Position numbers and translations under genes: made by a program
Part shown: piece by piece, positions 61,466-64,000 of the stretch
Position numbering within the stretch: the first letter of the stretch is position 1
Layout of the letters: each line of letters opens with the position of its first letter
NCBI GenBank assembly: GCA_038496445.1
Contig: JALMLS010000061.1
Coordinates: 1-64,000 of the forward strand
Length of the DNA: 64,000 nt
Reading direction: 5' to 3'
Source: Trichosphaerium sp. ATCC 40318
Taxonomy: Eukaryota; Protista; Tubulinea
The notes under the pieces: generated by a model
Databases searched by the model: none
Seen by the model: only the letters and a program-made list of their open reading frames with translations
What the model was told of the DNA's origin: nothing

Positions 61466-64000
61466 TCACTTCTCGTCACATTCAAGGCGGGCAAGTTTAT
61501 CCAATAAGGTAATCAATCTTTCCTTTATGGTGTCGTTGCTTTTTTCTAAGTTTGCAATGCATTGTTGCTGTTTTGCAAATGCTGTCTTTAACCTTTCATT
61601 AGTTTGTTTGAGATTCTCATCTTTTTTGCAAACTTCTTTTTCGATATCGACATCAATGGTTGGTTGTTTGTCAGAAGAGTCCAAATGGGATCCCCACAGT
61701 TTCCTTGTGTAAGTTTAAATGAAAAAGAAAAATTATGATGTATTTACCGGCTACTAATAACGTTGTCGTCATCAGACAATTCATCATCTGAAATGTTATC
61801 ACCTCCACTTCTGGAGGGTTCCTTGTTTGTTTCTTCTTTGGCGATTCTTTTATTGCTATTTTTCTCCTTCCTCATAACTTTAATGATATAGCGAGGGGTA
61901 GCTTGAACATCTGAAGGTATTATTAGCAATAGAATCGTACTTGATAGAAGACGCTGATTAAACCAGAAAAAATATAAATATGATAAAGAAAAATATGTTT
62001 GATTGTACCTTGTGCAACAACAAGTTCATCGTACACTGCTGTTTTTAGTTTATCTTCTTTCAAAGGTTTACCTAAACGATCTACCAATACGTAATGGCTT
62101 TGATAGCCTGGTTTTATTGGCATTCCTCTTAAGTTGTTGTTAACACTTACCTATGTTGGATTAGTTTACATACAAGGAAAGGTGCTGGTTGCGTACAGGA
62201 TATACATTCCCAGGAGTTACAAGGGCCAAGATAAGTGTTTTTTCATCCTTTCCTGAAGTGTCGTATGAACAGGCATATTGCATACTCCTCTTTTGGGTAA
62301 AAAAAGTGAATATGAGCACATGGTAATCAGCTATTTTTAGCGTACTGTGAAATATATGCCTTGACCGTAGTATCCAGCATCCAAAGCACTCACAGTTCCA
62401 AAACCACCCTTTACAATACTGTACGCAGCTTCTTCACTTGTTCCATGTACCATCAATATCACTGGCACCTTAACGAACATGGTTAGAACAGCAAAATACA
62501 CAAATACAATTAGAACAATACTCGTTTTACCTCTTCTAATGACTTGTCAGTGTTTTGCGATATTATTGCATTGTATTTTTTGTAGACACTCTGTTTGTAG
62601 TCCTTGTGAATATCATTTTTCCAATCCTGCTTTTTAAACAAGTGGGGAAGGTCTCTTAATAAGTTCATATTAGACTTTAGAAACGTGTAAATAAAGTGCA
62701 ATAACACGTACTGATGTCTGTGTTTCAGTACATTGTTCGCTGTACCAAAGTTTTCTGTCAAGACATCATTGCATACAAGAGTTGCTTCAACAATATCAAA
62801 ATATTTGTAGCCGTGTAGTTTTGACAGCTTTTCTTTGAGTATGTTTAATTCTCTTACAGCCACTTTGTCATTTGTATCAAGAAGATTCAGTGTCCTGTAA
62901 TGAGTCGGCTCTAAAGTTAGCCCTCTTGTTTTCAGTTAAAAATACATTCTTTAACATCGTAATATAGTACTCACTTGGCTTTAGATCTATCCCACTTGTA
63001 TGCGTAATTCAGTCGTGGGTTTATATCCCATGCGGTTACACTATTTAATCCTTTCTGGCCTTCATTTGTTTCTTCTAGATGCGTGAGTTGATCTTTATTA
63101 CTCCACATGGTGTCTGGCAAGTCATACAAGATTCCTTGCATTAAATCTCCGTCTTGTTCCCAAAAATCCTGGAAACAGGTGTTACTTATCGGATAGACTT
63201 TAAAAACTTGTCAATGGCGTACTGGAGACAATACAATTTTGGGTTCAAATGTACAGATTAACTGACAAATGCCTTTTTCTATTGCCAGTTTAAAATAAGA
63301 GCGAGTTGGCTGTTGGTTGCTTGATTAGTTAAAAATTGTATATTGTTTTGAGATAGCTTACCAAGTGTGGTAACCAACGTAGGATAGATTCTCTGCAACA
63401 TAAATGTTTCCACAACTCATCACAAGGTTGATCACTTGGAATATGTTTTAAGAAAAGTGCAATCAATTCTTCATCGTTGTTATAGTAATCGTGTAAGATA
63501 AGACTTAAAAAGTCTTGCCACAGTCTCTTTTTAGGTGAGATGTGTCCTCCAGTTGCTTTCAATACAATACGAAGCAACTGCCCTTAATAAAAAACATAGT
63601 GAGTAAAGTAATCTGCTGTATTTAAGTACCTAAAGCAACTGAAGTTGAATTTTTGTATTCATCAACAGGATCAAACTTAATATTTGCCTGTGCCTTGATT
63701 AACATCGGAATCAGAAAACAATTACCGTCCTTGACTAATAGCATGTTAGGTAATTAAATAATTCTACTCTTGTGTGATATCACCTGCCACAAATAAAGCT
63801 GTGTCTCCTTTGTTATTAACAATAGCAACATCAATATTGGCTTTGATTACTATTGATACTTTTAAAAAATCACGTTCATATCTATGTTGACACCTACGAG
63901 CTAAGAGTAGTTAATATCTAGCTGATATCAAGCCGAATCAATCATGACTTCACCTGCAATGTGTAAAATTGTGTTTCCATGTTTATCAACAGTGTTAATA
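61466..64000 (-). CDS. Ankyrin-repeat + PARP-like ADP-ribosyltransferase protein (5' part outside window)
   Basis: Ankyrin-like NTVDKHGNTILHIA and IVNNKGDTALFVA; catalytic block MVHGTSEEAAYSIVKGGF..GYYGQGIYFT..YA..ALVTPGNVYP..GYQSHYV..YDELVV..PRYII (H-Y-E); coiled-coil tail. Confidence 0.85.

Noticed and set aside
1-64000. Alternative genetic code or stop readthrough as the cause of fragmented ORFs (prompted by the eRF1-like gene)
   Set aside because: The conserved enzymes splice cleanly with standard code, and TAA, TAG and TGA all occur as genuine terminators.

Overview
AT-rich, gene-dense eukaryotic nuclear DNA with many short spliceosomal introns (mostly 35-100 nt, dominant donor GTAC). 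The ORF track therefore shows only exon fragments, and I stitched the gene models by hand, so boundaries are approximate unless stated. A CudA-family transcription factor (47.8-48.8 kb) suggests an amoebozoan. I found about 27 genes and 4 pseudogenes, many in ubiquitin-related families: three F-box proteins, two BTB proteins, an RBR ligase, a chromo-LRR protein and a CaaX ubiquitin-fold protein. There are also several surface proteins and three metabolic enzymes. Most notable: (1) an intact six-exon gene fusing an F-box to degenerate eRF1 middle and C-terminal domains with no GGQ; (2) a homolog of the fungal mating fusion protein Prm1, plus a GH72 glucanosyltransferase; (3) two repeat proteins with apparent mitochondrial presequences, one MORN-variant/YwqK-like and one with helical repeats plus a PD-(D/E)XK/RAP-like nuclease; (4) strong enrichment of the palindrome TCACGTGA, largely inside introns, and GC-AG introns starting GCACGTG; (5) three local duplications, each leaving one intact and one frameshifted copy, two of them with introns better conserved than exons. 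No tRNA, rRNA, CRISPR array or recognisable transposase was seen. All family assignments come from motif recognition, not database searches.
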